DNA of 22,862 nucleotides from a virus (Duplodnaviria > Heunggongvirae > Uroviricota > Caudoviricetes): IMG/VR virus record IMGVR_UViG_3300020582_000005, one strand, 5' to 3'. Shown here piece after piece: positions 1 through 6,417 of this stretch. Both the position numbers and the translations under genes were made by a program. The notes under the pieces were generated by a model that was not told where the DNA came from, did not search any database, and saw nothing but the letters and a program-made list of their open reading frames with translations. How positions within the stretch are numbered: the first letter of the stretch is position 1; each line of letters opens with the position of its first letter.

Positions 1-149
1 AGATCATTGACTTGTTCTTTAAGTGCGTCATGTTTAGCTATAGCCGTTTTTACATCGCCAGCTAAAGTTTCTTGACCAGTTTGAATCTCGCCTACTTTTT
101 CTACCATCCATAGACGAAACTGTTCTTCTGTTTGAGGGATTCCTTCCAT
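1..149 (-). CDS. Hypothetical protein, truncated at window edge (MEGIPQTEEQFRLWMVEKVGEIQTGQETLAGDVKTAIAKHDALKEQVND...)
   Basis: Manual translation from ATG at 149; open to window end; helical/coiled-coil-like composition; not in ORF track. Confidence 0.6.
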   Translation of the reverse strand, partial: MEGIPQTEEQFRLWMVEKVGEIQTGQETLAGDVKTAIAKHDALKEQVND

Positions 150-264
150 TAAATTAACCCGAAGTTAAGCAACCGACTTTCACGGTGCCGCCCTGAATTC
201 CACAGGCGTTGTCGAACTAGCAACTGGAGCCGCTTTGAGTCGGCTCCGGATGTCAGAACGAAGT

Positions 265-888
265 TTATTGTTCTAGAGCGAACTGATACATACTAGCTGT
301 GTTACCTGCGCCAGTTGTACCGAATGTTGCTCGAACAGCCAAAGCAAATGGTGCATTGGCACCTGACGTTCCAGTTGTACCAGCGGGAGCTGACATGTTT
401 ACGCCAGTTACAGCGTTTGTCAAAATGCTAAAATCACCAGCTGTTCCAGCTTCAAACGTGTTATCCAGTTCGTAGACCCACTTACCTTGAACTAGACCGC
501 TTGTGTTATCCCCCTGAAGCCAACACTCCAACATCCAAGGCTGAGTCGCCAATTGTTCACCAGTACCACCGCCTAAGTTTCTAGCTGTAGTATCACAAAT
601 TGATGTATATGTCGGAGACGCTGCTGTATAGTTAGTCGAAAGAACCAACTCTAATTTAAAAGTTGGGCAAGCGATTGTAGGATCGGGTGTTACGTTACCC
701 ATAGCGATAACGTGCAGCAACTGGTTATTGGAAGCATTATTTCCCTGAGGATAAATGTATCCAACTTTAGACGAAGCTACGTTGATCGAAGGACCGGGAA
801 CTGGAGGAAAGAATTTAGCGGTTGTACCTGTACCGCCAACCGTTACCGGGGTGTTACCATTTAAAAGCAAATTACTTACTGTCTGCAT
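265..888 (-). CDS. Hypothetical Thr/Gly/Ala-rich protein, possibly virion structural
   Basis: 207-aa ORF, SD-like AAAGGTGA upstream, beta-rich low-charge composition. Confidence 0.75.
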   Translation of the reverse strand: MQTVSNLLLNGNTPVTVGGTGTTAKFFPPVPGPSINVASSKVGYIYPQGNNASNNQLLHVIAMGNVTPDPTIACPTFKLELVLSTNYTAASPTYTSICDTTARNLGGGTGEQLATQPWMLECWLQGDNTSGLVQGKWVYELDNTFEAGTAGDFSILTNAVTGVNMSAPAGTTGTSGANAPFALAVRATFGTTGAGNTASMYQFALEQ

Positions 889-1015
889 GAGTCACCTTTG
901 TGTTTCGTATGGGTATGAAACTCGCCTTAGGCTGTTGTTCAATCCGTACGTTCTTATTCAGAGACACTATTGTGCCATCTGTGATTCCAGGTACCGATGG
1001 CACCTGCGAATATCT

Positions 1016-1771
1016 TTACCCTTCGGTGAAGGGTTCGAAATCTTGTGTATAACGCCACGACGGATCAACGTTCTTTAAAATATTTCTCAGTTGATGAATA
1101 CGTCGTTCGATATTTCCTATCGGTCTAAATTCTTCAGTACGACAATACATACGAAAACCCTGATGGGCTACCTTAGGAGTTTCCGGATACTTAACAAATC
1201 CATTAACCGAACGCATCACGTGGCGAATCAAACCGTCATCCAAATCACTAGCATCAGGAAATGGGGTGAAAATCTTATCTAAATAGCCTCTGCGATCATT
1301 GAAAAAACTATCGTTGATATGAGGAACAACCAAAACAAGAGATTCACGTCTAAATGAAGCGCCAGGGTTAGTGTAATAGTTTTCGCCGTATCTTTTAATG
1401 TACCGACCAGACGTTGCAAAACAACCACTGTCTTGTGCTTCAATTGACCAAGTAAAATAATCATGAAAGACTCGAACATCTTCCTCAACGAAGAAGATCA
1501 GGTCGGCTCCGGACTCATAACCACCTTTCATAGAGTTTAAAATATTCCAACACCCGCTTGGCGCACGAGGATGCTCTTTAGCGTGAAAGATCAAAGCACG
1601 TGGTAAGTAGGTGTCCCGAACATACTCCACTTCACTGAGACGCTTAGCATCAGTGTGGTCAACGTATATTCGAATATCGTCAGGCGATTGATCGGCCCGG
1701 TCAATTGATTCTAATGCTAGCGCCAACATTTCTGGACGCTTCAGTGTGGGCATTACGACAACATTTGACAT
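1016..1771 (-). CDS. GT-A fold (GT2-like) glycosyltransferase
   Basis: N-terminal VVVMPTLKRPEMLALALESI motif, hydrophobic strand + EED (DxD-like) motif, C-terminal VAHQG. Confidence 0.75.
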   Translation of the reverse strand: MSNVVVMPTLKRPEMLALALESIDRADQSPDDIRIYVDHTDAKRLSEVEYVRDTYLPRALIFHAKEHPRAPSGCWNILNSMKGGYESGADLIFFVEEDVRVFHDYFTWSIEAQDSGCFATSGRYIKRYGENYYTNPGASFRRESLVLVVPHINDSFFNDRRGYLDKIFTPFPDASDLDDGLIRHVMRSVNGFVKYPETPKVAHQGFRMYCRTEEFRPIGNIERRIHQLRNILKNVDPSWRYTQDFEPFTEG

Positions 1772-1878
1772 AAAATTGTGCGGGTTTTGGCTCTCGCCGA
1801 GGCACCCGCCGCACCCCTTGTCGCCCGAGGATTCTTTCGTCTCTACTCAGACTCCAACCGTCTCATAAACGGTCAAGA

Positions 1879-2652
1879 TTAAATTATCTGAAGAGAAGTT
1901 CCACAGCCTGAACAAAACTTGGCTGCTCCCTTCGCTCGTTTACCACAAGTCTGACACTTCGCTCTAATATCAACTGTCACTGGTCGTTGCACATCTACCT
2001 TACCGTGCTTACCGATCAGCTTCAAAGTCAATACTTCTGAAGCTTCTGTTTGAAATCCAGATACACTGACAAATTCTTGATTACTAACTGCTCCAGGTGC
2101 TGTAATACCAGCTGTATTTTCTTCTACCGATTTCGTGCACTGAGCCGATTTCGTGCACTGAGCCGACATCATATTCTGAGCGTGGACTGAATTACCCATC
2201 ACTGTGTTAGTGTTCCACACAGGACCTAAATAATCATAAAAAGGACGATAAGGCCAGTACTGATGGTGGTAAGTATGATGCTCAACTACTTTCGGTATCT
2301 TAAACACGTACTCTTTCTTAAACTCAACCCGGAGTAAACCGTCTTCAAGCCGAACACCACGATGATCTTCAACCGCCTGGGTACGCTCGATAAACTTGAA
2401 ACGATTACCCTGTTTCAAATTATCACTTCGCAGGAATCGCTCAACTTCCATTTCACCATTAGCTGGAAGAACTAACCACGTTGTAGCTTCCTTTCCATCA
2501 ATTGAAATCTGAGCCATAGCTCTGACAGGATTCAAATTCTTCAACAGAACCGAATATTCACTTCCAAATGGTAACTGAACTTCCTCTCCACTTTCTCGGA
2601 GAATCTTTCCATTTACCTTTACTGCCAAGACAAAGTTTTTCTTATAAGTCAT
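1879..2652 (-). CDS. Phage hypothetical protein with C-terminal double zinc ribbon
   Basis: 257 aa; SD AAAGGAGA; C-terminal CQTC...FCSGCG. Confidence 0.8.
   Translation of the reverse strand: MTYKKNFVLAVKVNGKILRESGEEVQLPFGSEYSVLLKNLNPVRAMAQISIDGKEATTWLVLPANGEMEVERFLRSDNLKQGNRFKFIERTQAVEDHRGVRLEDGLLRVEFKKEYVFKIPKVVEHHTYHHQYWPYRPFYDYLGPVWNTNTVMGNSVHAQNMMSAQCTKSAQCTKSVEENTAGITAPGAVSNQEFVSVSGFQTEASEVLTLKLIGKHGKVDVQRPVTVDIRAKCQTCGKRAKGAAKFCSGCGTSLQII
2127..2166. repeat. In-frame 18-bp tandem duplication (SAQCTK x2)
   Basis: ccgatttcgtgcactgag repeated 2.2 times. Confidence 0.9.
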
Positions 2653-2711
2653 ACATCTCCTTTAAACGGCACACAGAGTAAGTGCCCAAATTAGACTCTG
2701 TTAGATTTACT

Positions 2712-2801
2712 TCATTTATGCTTTAGGTCGTAAAGAGTACCTAGCACAAAAACCACGACATACATAATTCCAAATAAAATATAGCCAAACACCCGCTTCA
2801 T
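2712..2801 (-). CDS. Small membrane protein (29 aa, MKRVFGYILFGIMYVVVFVLGTLYDLKHK)
   Basis: ATGA overlap with upstream small ORF; one hydrophobic helix. Confidence 0.55.
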   Translation of the reverse strand: MKRVFGYILFGIMYVVVFVLGTLYDLKHK

Positions 2802-2896
2802 CGCCACAGCCATCCGCAGATGCACTTGACAATACCGTCACCTTGACGAGGCTTTCGTAAAACGTTGCCGCAACGTGGACACTTTCTTTCCCACAT
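2798..2896 (-). CDS. Small zinc-ribbon protein (32 aa, MWERKCPRCGNVLRKPRQGDGIVKCICGWLWR)
   Basis: GGAG SD; CPRC and CICG motifs. Confidence 0.65.
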   Translation of the reverse strand: MWERKCPRCGNVLRKPRQGDGIVKCICGWLWR

Positions 2897-2935
2897 AACG
2901 TCTCCGGCCTCAGGGATTGTCCACCGGGGTCTGCT

Positions 2936-2970
2936 AAATAAAAAACCCGCCACAATGGGCGGGTTGTTTT
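2936..2970 (-). terminator. Rho-independent terminator closing the tRNA array
   Basis: AACCCGCC/GGCGGGTT stem followed by TTTTTTATTT on - strand, directly after last tRNA. Confidence 0.85.
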
Positions 2971-3044
2971 GGTTGGCTGACTAGGATTCGAACCTAGATT
3001 TTATCGTTCAGAGCGACACGTGCTGCCGATTGCACTATCTGCCA
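2970..3044 (-). tRNA. tRNA-Gln(CTG)
   Basis: Cloverleaf, loop CT-CTG-AA, TTCGAAT, encoded CCA; one A-A acceptor mismatch. Confidence 0.9.
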
Positions 3045-3048
3045 ATAT

Positions 3049-3123
3049 TGGTTGCCTCGCTTGGATTCGAACCAAGATACCATGTTTCAAAGACATGGGT
3101 CCTGCCGATTGAACGACAAGGCA
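3049..3123 (-). tRNA. tRNA-Gln(TTG)
   Basis: Cloverleaf, loop CT-TTG-AA, CCA. Confidence 0.95.
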
Positions 3124-3205
3124 ATAGTCCGTTACTTTTTACGCCACGGTTTATACGACGACTTCCTTCGTACGGGCGATATCATCGATCCATGGTCACG
3201 ACGAC

Positions 3206-3280
3206 TGGCTCATCTGGAAGGATTCGAACCTACAACCCTCTCCTTAACAGGGAGTCGCTCTACCGTTGAGCTACAGATGA
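3206..3280 (-). tRNA. tRNA-Asn(GTT)
   Basis: TCATCTG/CAGATGA acceptor, loop CT-GTT-AA, G73, CCA. Confidence 0.93.
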
Positions 3281-3284
3281 ATCT

Positions 3285-3360
3285 TGGTGGACCGCCACGG
3301 ACTCGAACCGTGAACCCACTCCTTAAAAGGGAGGTATGTTGCCTCTAACACCTGCAGTCC
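3285..3360 (-). tRNA. tRNA-Lys(TTT)
   Basis: GGACTGC/GCGGTCC acceptor, loop CT-TTT-AA, CCA; A at position 8. Confidence 0.88.
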
Positions 3361-3362
3361 AT

Positions 3363-3449
3363 TGGCGGAAGATCAGTGAATCGAACACTGTCAGGCTTTC
3401 ACCTGTCACTATTTTCGAGATAGTTGCCGACCATTCAGCGCTATCTTCC
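3363..3449 (-). tRNA. tRNA-Ser(CGA)
   Basis: Long variable arm, G73, loop CT-CGA-AA. Confidence 0.92.
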
Positions 3450-3450
3450 C

Positions 3451-3555
3451 TTAAACAAACTTTGGCGGCGAACAAAAATCTTTTGAAGAGCCTACTTTAA
3501 ATCCAGAAACAAAGTATCCAATCCATAAACCTAATCTGTGCATTATAAATGACAT
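3451..3555 (-). CDS. Small hypothetical protein (34 aa) between Ser tRNAs
   Basis: GGAGAATAAA-ATG; fills the spacer exactly. Confidence 0.5.
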   Translation of the reverse strand: MSFIMHRLGLWIGYFVSGFKVGSSKDFCSPPKFV

Positions 3556-3567
3556 TTTATTCTCCAT

Positions 3568-3656
3568 TGGCGGAACGTGGTCGAATCGAACGGCCTTACC
3601 CCTTGCGAGATATCACCGTTTTCAAGACAGATGCTCACCATTAAGCGCTACGCTCC
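3568..3656 (-). tRNA. tRNA-Ser(TGA)
   Basis: Long variable arm, G73, loop CT-TGA-AA. Confidence 0.9.
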
Positions 3657-3658
3657 GT

Positions 3659-3748
3659 TGGCGGAGAGTGCAGGATTTGAACCTGCACAAGCTTTCGCTT
3701 GACTTCAGTTTAGCAAACTGACACGTTGCCGGATTCCGTCAACTCTCC
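3659..3748 (-). tRNA. tRNA-Ser(GCT)
   Basis: GGAGAGT/ACTCTCC acceptor, long V arm, loop TT-GCT-AA. Confidence 0.93.
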
Positions 3749-4182
3749 GAATTTTCTATCTTTGCATGATTCTTACGAGTGTCCACATCTCGTTTACAAA
3801 CTTTACAATAAGTGCCGCTACGACTATCATAAAACTCAGAAACCGGTAGTGCTCTCTTGTGTCGTGAACACCATCTCATGCCATCTGGAACATTATACGG
3901 TGAACGATAGTATGAATGAGGACGATTACAATCACAATGAGAAAAAGCGATATTATCTAAATCCCAAAACAAAGACGAATCTCGTCCTTCCCAAGGCTCT
4001 TTATGCTCAACACTCAAATCTTCGGCTACAGAAATTACTTGTTTACACTTAAAACAAACATTCTGTTGTAAACAAACGAGTAAATGAAAAAGAATATTCT
4101 TTCTCAGTTTATTTGCCGCTGCACCATGCGACATTCCCAATTGCTGAAAAATACGCTGCTTTCGTAATTCATCCTTATTCAT
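3739..4182 (-). CDS. HNH endonuclease-like protein
   Basis: CFKC...SVEH...DLDNIAFSHCDCN beta-beta-alpha-Me-like motif; stop lies inside tRNA-Ser(GCT). Confidence 0.75.
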   Translation of the reverse strand: MNKDELRKQRIFQQLGMSHGAAANKLRKNILFHLLVCLQQNVCFKCKQVISVAEDLSVEHKEPWEGRDSSLFWDLDNIAFSHCDCNRPHSYYRSPYNVPDGMRWCSRHKRALPVSEFYDSRSGTYCKVCKRDVDTRKNHAKIENSES

Positions 4183-4226
4183 AAGCCTTTGACTCCTTAA
4201 AGTCGTTGACTATTTAGGACTTCCTT

Positions 4227-4367
4227 TTAATCGTTATATTCGGGGTGACAGAAAATTACTGCATTATCGTCATCTAACTTTTCAACTGTCAAGACAATCC
4301 GATCTGCACCATTCAACAACTGACGCTTAACTTCTTCAGTGATAATGTTAACAGTTTCTTCAAACAT
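4227..4367 (-). CDS. Small acidic hypothetical protein (46 aa, MFEETVNIITEEVKRQLL...)
   Basis: GAGGAA SD, ATG 4367, TAA 4227; manual translation. Confidence 0.65.
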   Translation of the reverse strand: MFEETVNIITEEVKRQLLNGADRIVLTVEKLDDDNAVIFCHPEYND

Positions 4368-4379
4368 GGTTCCTCAAAT

Positions 4380-4454
4380 TGGCAGGACGGGTCTGAGTCG
4401 AACAGACACTGCATCGTTTTGGAGACGAGCCGACTACCGCTATCTTACCGACCT
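4380..4454 (-). tRNA. tRNA-Trp(CCA)
   Basis: Loop CT-CCA-AA, G73, CCA; T-T acceptor mismatch. Confidence 0.88.
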
Positions 4455-4487
4455 ATATGAACATAAATGTGTATAACGCTTCGTAAA

Positions 4488-4564
4488 TGGAGCACGGAGT
4501 GAGACTCGAACTCACTAAGAAGCGTTTTGCAGACGCTCGCCTCGACCGATTCGGCATTCCGTGC
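4488..4564 (-). tRNA. tRNA-Cys(GCA)
   Basis: Loop CT-GCA-AA, U73, CCA. Confidence 0.93.
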
Positions 4565-4566
4565 AT

Positions 4567-4642
4567 TGGTAGCGGATAAGGGACTCGGACCCATAACTTC
4601 CACTTTGTAGGAGTGGCACTCTAGCCATTGAGTTAATCCGCT
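4567..4642 (-). tRNA. tRNA-Val(TAC)
   Basis: Loop CC-TAC-AA (C33), T-loop TCCGAGT, CCA. Confidence 0.85.
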
Positions 4643-4645
4643 ATA

Positions 4646-4719
4646 TGGTAGGGCTACCGGGACTCGAACCCGGACTACTTACTTGAAAGGCAAGCGTGCT
4701 ACCATTGCACTATAACCCC
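4646..4719 (-). tRNA. tRNA-Glu(TTC)
   Basis: Loop CT-TTC-AA, CCA. Confidence 0.92.
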
Positions 4720-4721
4720 AT

Positions 4722-4797
4722 TGGTACTCTCAGTGTGATTCGAACACACGTCACTGCTTTGAGAAAGCAGTATCCTAAACCCCTAGAAGATGGGAGC
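4722..4797 (-). tRNA. tRNA-Glu(CTC)
   Basis: Loop TT-CTC-AA, CCA. Confidence 0.88.
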
Positions 4798-4813
4798 ACA
4801 TGGTCGGACTCGC

Positions 4814-4888
4814 TGGTCGGTCTACTCGGATTCGAACCGAGATTTGCCGAGTAAGAGTCGGCGCTTCTAGCCGTTGAATTATAGACCG
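4814..4888 (-). tRNA. tRNA-Lys(CTT)
   Basis: CGGTCTA/TAGACCG acceptor, loop CT-CTT-AC; zero spacer from upstream tRNA. Confidence 0.92.
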
Positions 4889-4982
4889 TGGTAGTCGGAG
4901 CCAGATTCGAACTGACATCGTGCGCCAATCTAGCGCTTATACAGTTTATAAGACTGCCGCTCTACCATTGAGCTATCCGACT
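4889..4982 (-). tRNA. tRNA with TAT (Ile) anticodon and 24-nt variable region
   Basis: AGTCGGA/TCCGACT acceptor, loop CT-TAT-AA, V arm GCGCT/GGCGC, A73, CCA. Confidence 0.88.
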
Positions 4983-4984
4983 AT

Positions 4985-5059
4985 TGGCGATCCTAGCAGG
5001 ACTCGAACCCGCATAACTAGTTTCGAAGACTAGCGCCTTTTCCATTAGACGATAGGACC
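4985..5059 (-). tRNA. tRNA-Arg(TCG)
   Basis: Loop CT-TCG-AA, CCA. Confidence 0.92.
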
Positions 5060-5061
5060 AT

Positions 5062-5136
5062 TGGCATCCCTGAGAGGACTCGAACCCCCATCCATCCGGT
5101 AGAAACGGAGTACTCTTTCCATTGAGCTACAGGGAC
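5062..5136 (-). tRNA. tRNA-Arg(TCT)
   Basis: Loop TT-TCT-AC, CCA. Confidence 0.9.
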
Positions 5137-5138
5137 AT

Positions 5139-5213
5139 TGGCGATGACGAGGGGTATCGAACCCCCACACTCTGTCGTGACAGGACAGCGCACTACCATT
5201 ATGCTACGTCACC
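5139..5213 (-). tRNA. tRNA-Asp(GTC)
   Basis: Loop CT-GTC-AC, G73, CCA. Confidence 0.93.
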
Positions 5214-5217
5214 AAAT

Positions 5218-5294
5218 TGGCTGGCCCAGAGCGACTCGAACGCTCACCCTCTCCGTTAACAGCGGAGTGTACTACCGAATTATACGACAGGCCA
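5218..5294 (-). tRNA. tRNA-Asn(GTT), second divergent copy
   Basis: Loop CT-GTT-AA, G73, CCA. Confidence 0.92.
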
Positions 5295-5305
5295 ATTAAA
5301 ACTTC

Positions 5306-5379
5306 TGGAGCGGCTTGCGGGAATCGAACCCGCCTTTAATGCTTGGCAAGCATTCGTACTGCCAATGTACGAAAGCCGC
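5306..5379 (-). tRNA. tRNA-Gly(GCC)
   Basis: GCGGCTT/AAGCCGC, loop TT-GCC-AA, U73. Confidence 0.95.
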
Positions 5380-5381
5380 AT

Positions 5382-5476
5382 TGGGAGAGGATTCTCTGAT
5401 CCATTCCGGTTTCAGATGCGAAGCATCAAGTCAAGCCTGTTTGGTCACGGTCGGCTTTCACCATCCCTTGCGGGAG
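5382..5476 (-). ncRNA. Candidate CCA-terminated structured RNA between the two Gly tRNAs
   Basis: Several hairpins, ends in CCA followed by the array-typical AT spacer; no cloverleaf; structure by eye only. Confidence 0.35.
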
Positions 5477-5551
5477 TGGAGCGAACAACGGGATTCGAAC
5501 CCGTACGTTAAGTTTGGAAGACTCACATGCTACCATTAACATCATGCTCGC
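5477..5551 (-). tRNA. tRNA-Gly(TCC)
   Basis: Loop CT-TCC-AA, U73, CCA. Confidence 0.93.
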
Positions 5552-5553
5552 AT

Positions 5554-5632
5554 TGGTAGCGGGAGTCGGATTCGAACCGACGATAACGAGGTTATGAATC
5601 TCGTGTCTTAGGCCAGACTAGACGATCCCGCA
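5554..5632 (-). tRNA. tRNA-Met(CAT), initiator-like acceptor (U1.U72 mismatch)
   Basis: TGCGGGA/TCCCGCT, loop TT-CAT-AA; lacks three consecutive G-C anticodon pairs. Confidence 0.88.
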
Positions 5633-6018
5633 ATAGAAATCAAATTATGATCAAATTCCCAATGATGATTTGGACACAACGCTACCAAATTATTCAAATC
5701 ATTTATTTGAGCAATCGTAGCGTCATCAGGAAACTCAGATACTGCTTTCAAATGAGCGATCTCAACGTAATTAGAATATCCACATTTCGAACACTTTAGT
5801 TTATTACCACTTCGTTCCCAAATAGCAGCAGCGTGTTTTCTTATTGAACTTCTAGCTGACTGCCAATTCTTTCTCGAAGAAAATAAATCTTTCTTAGTTC
5901 TACTGCCCATAACTGAGTGCGAACTCTTAAATCTAGCGGCACAAGGACGACTACAAAACCGTAATTTAGGTTTATACGCCTCGAATTCAACGCCACAACT
6001 TAAACATAAACGCATCAT
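5608..6018 (-). CDS. HNH endonuclease
   Basis: CxxC motifs, EIAH...NNLVALCPNHH HNH motif; stop inside tRNA-Met. Confidence 0.88.
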   Translation of the reverse strand: MMRLCLSCGVEFEAYKPKLRFCSRPCAARFKSSHSVMGSRTKKDLFSSRKNWQSARSSIRKHAAAIWERSGNKLKCSKCGYSNYVEIAHLKAVSEFPDDATIAQINDLNNLVALCPNHHWEFDHNLISIAGSSSLA

Positions 6019-6219
6019 AATCCCACCGATTGATAGGAGCTACCTATCAACCAAATGAAAAGTAATCACTCACGAAAACATTTCGAACTGGACGCCTTTT
6101 CATGAGCGGGTGGCCAGCCTATGTTTCTAAACAGAACGAGTCTGATTAGAACAGCCCTACATCACGCCAGCTTAGCCCTGCAGAGCTTCAGCGTCTTGCC
6201 AGCATGATGTTATGTAAAG

Positions 6220-6294
6220 TGGCGGCTACTGAGGGAGTCGGACCCTCTCCTCTTGTTCTTCAGACAAGCGCTCTACCGTTGGAGCTACATAGCC
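6220..6294 (-). tRNA. tRNA-Phe(GAA)
   Basis: Loop CT-GAA-GA, T-loop TCCGACT, G73, CCA. Confidence 0.85.
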
Positions 6295-6295
6295 A

Positions 6296-6371
6296 TGGTG
6301 GACCTAGTCGGCTCTGCCCCGACCGCCTCTGCTGTGCAAGAGCAGCGCTCTTCTTAATGAGCTACAGGCCC
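6296..6371 (-). tRNA. tRNA-Ala(TGC) with non-canonical D/T loops
   Basis: G3:U70, A73, loop CT-TGC-AC; T-loop GGCAGAG; D-loop without GG. Confidence 0.85.
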
Positions 6372-6380
6372 AATTTAAAC

Positions 6381-6409
6381 ATTGTATCAAACTTCTAACA
6401 GTTTGTCAA
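6381..6409 (-). promoter_or_regulatory. sigma70-type promoter
   Basis: TTGACA-17 bp-TACAAT with TGn, just upstream of tRNA-Ala. Confidence 0.85.
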
Positions 6410-6417
6410 GCTTTATT

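Noticed and set aside
165-192. tracrRNA-like GGCACCG...TCGGT hairpin
   Set aside because: Short similarity only; no cas genes or CRISPR repeats in window
1825-1855. Hammerhead-like CTGA...GAAA
   Set aside because: Core is CTGAGTA, not CUGANGA, and stems I/III are not formed
2660-2715. c-di-GMP-II-like words (TGAAG, TGGGCACTT, GTGC)
   Set aside because: Missing P1/P2, the kink-turn partner and correct spacing
2716-2955. 79-aa ORF from the track
   Set aside because: Runs through the terminator and lacks an SD; two coupled small ORFs in other frames explain the region better
3124-3205. HDV-like (theta) ribozyme after tRNA-Asn (G1 start, 7-bp P1 with G.U)
   Set aside because: Only 11 nt between P1 strands, too short for P2/P3/L3; no P1.1 or catalytic J4/2
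5382-5476. Glycine-riboswitch-like words on the + strand
   Set aside because: Antisense to the operon, incomplete consensus and no downstream + strand gene
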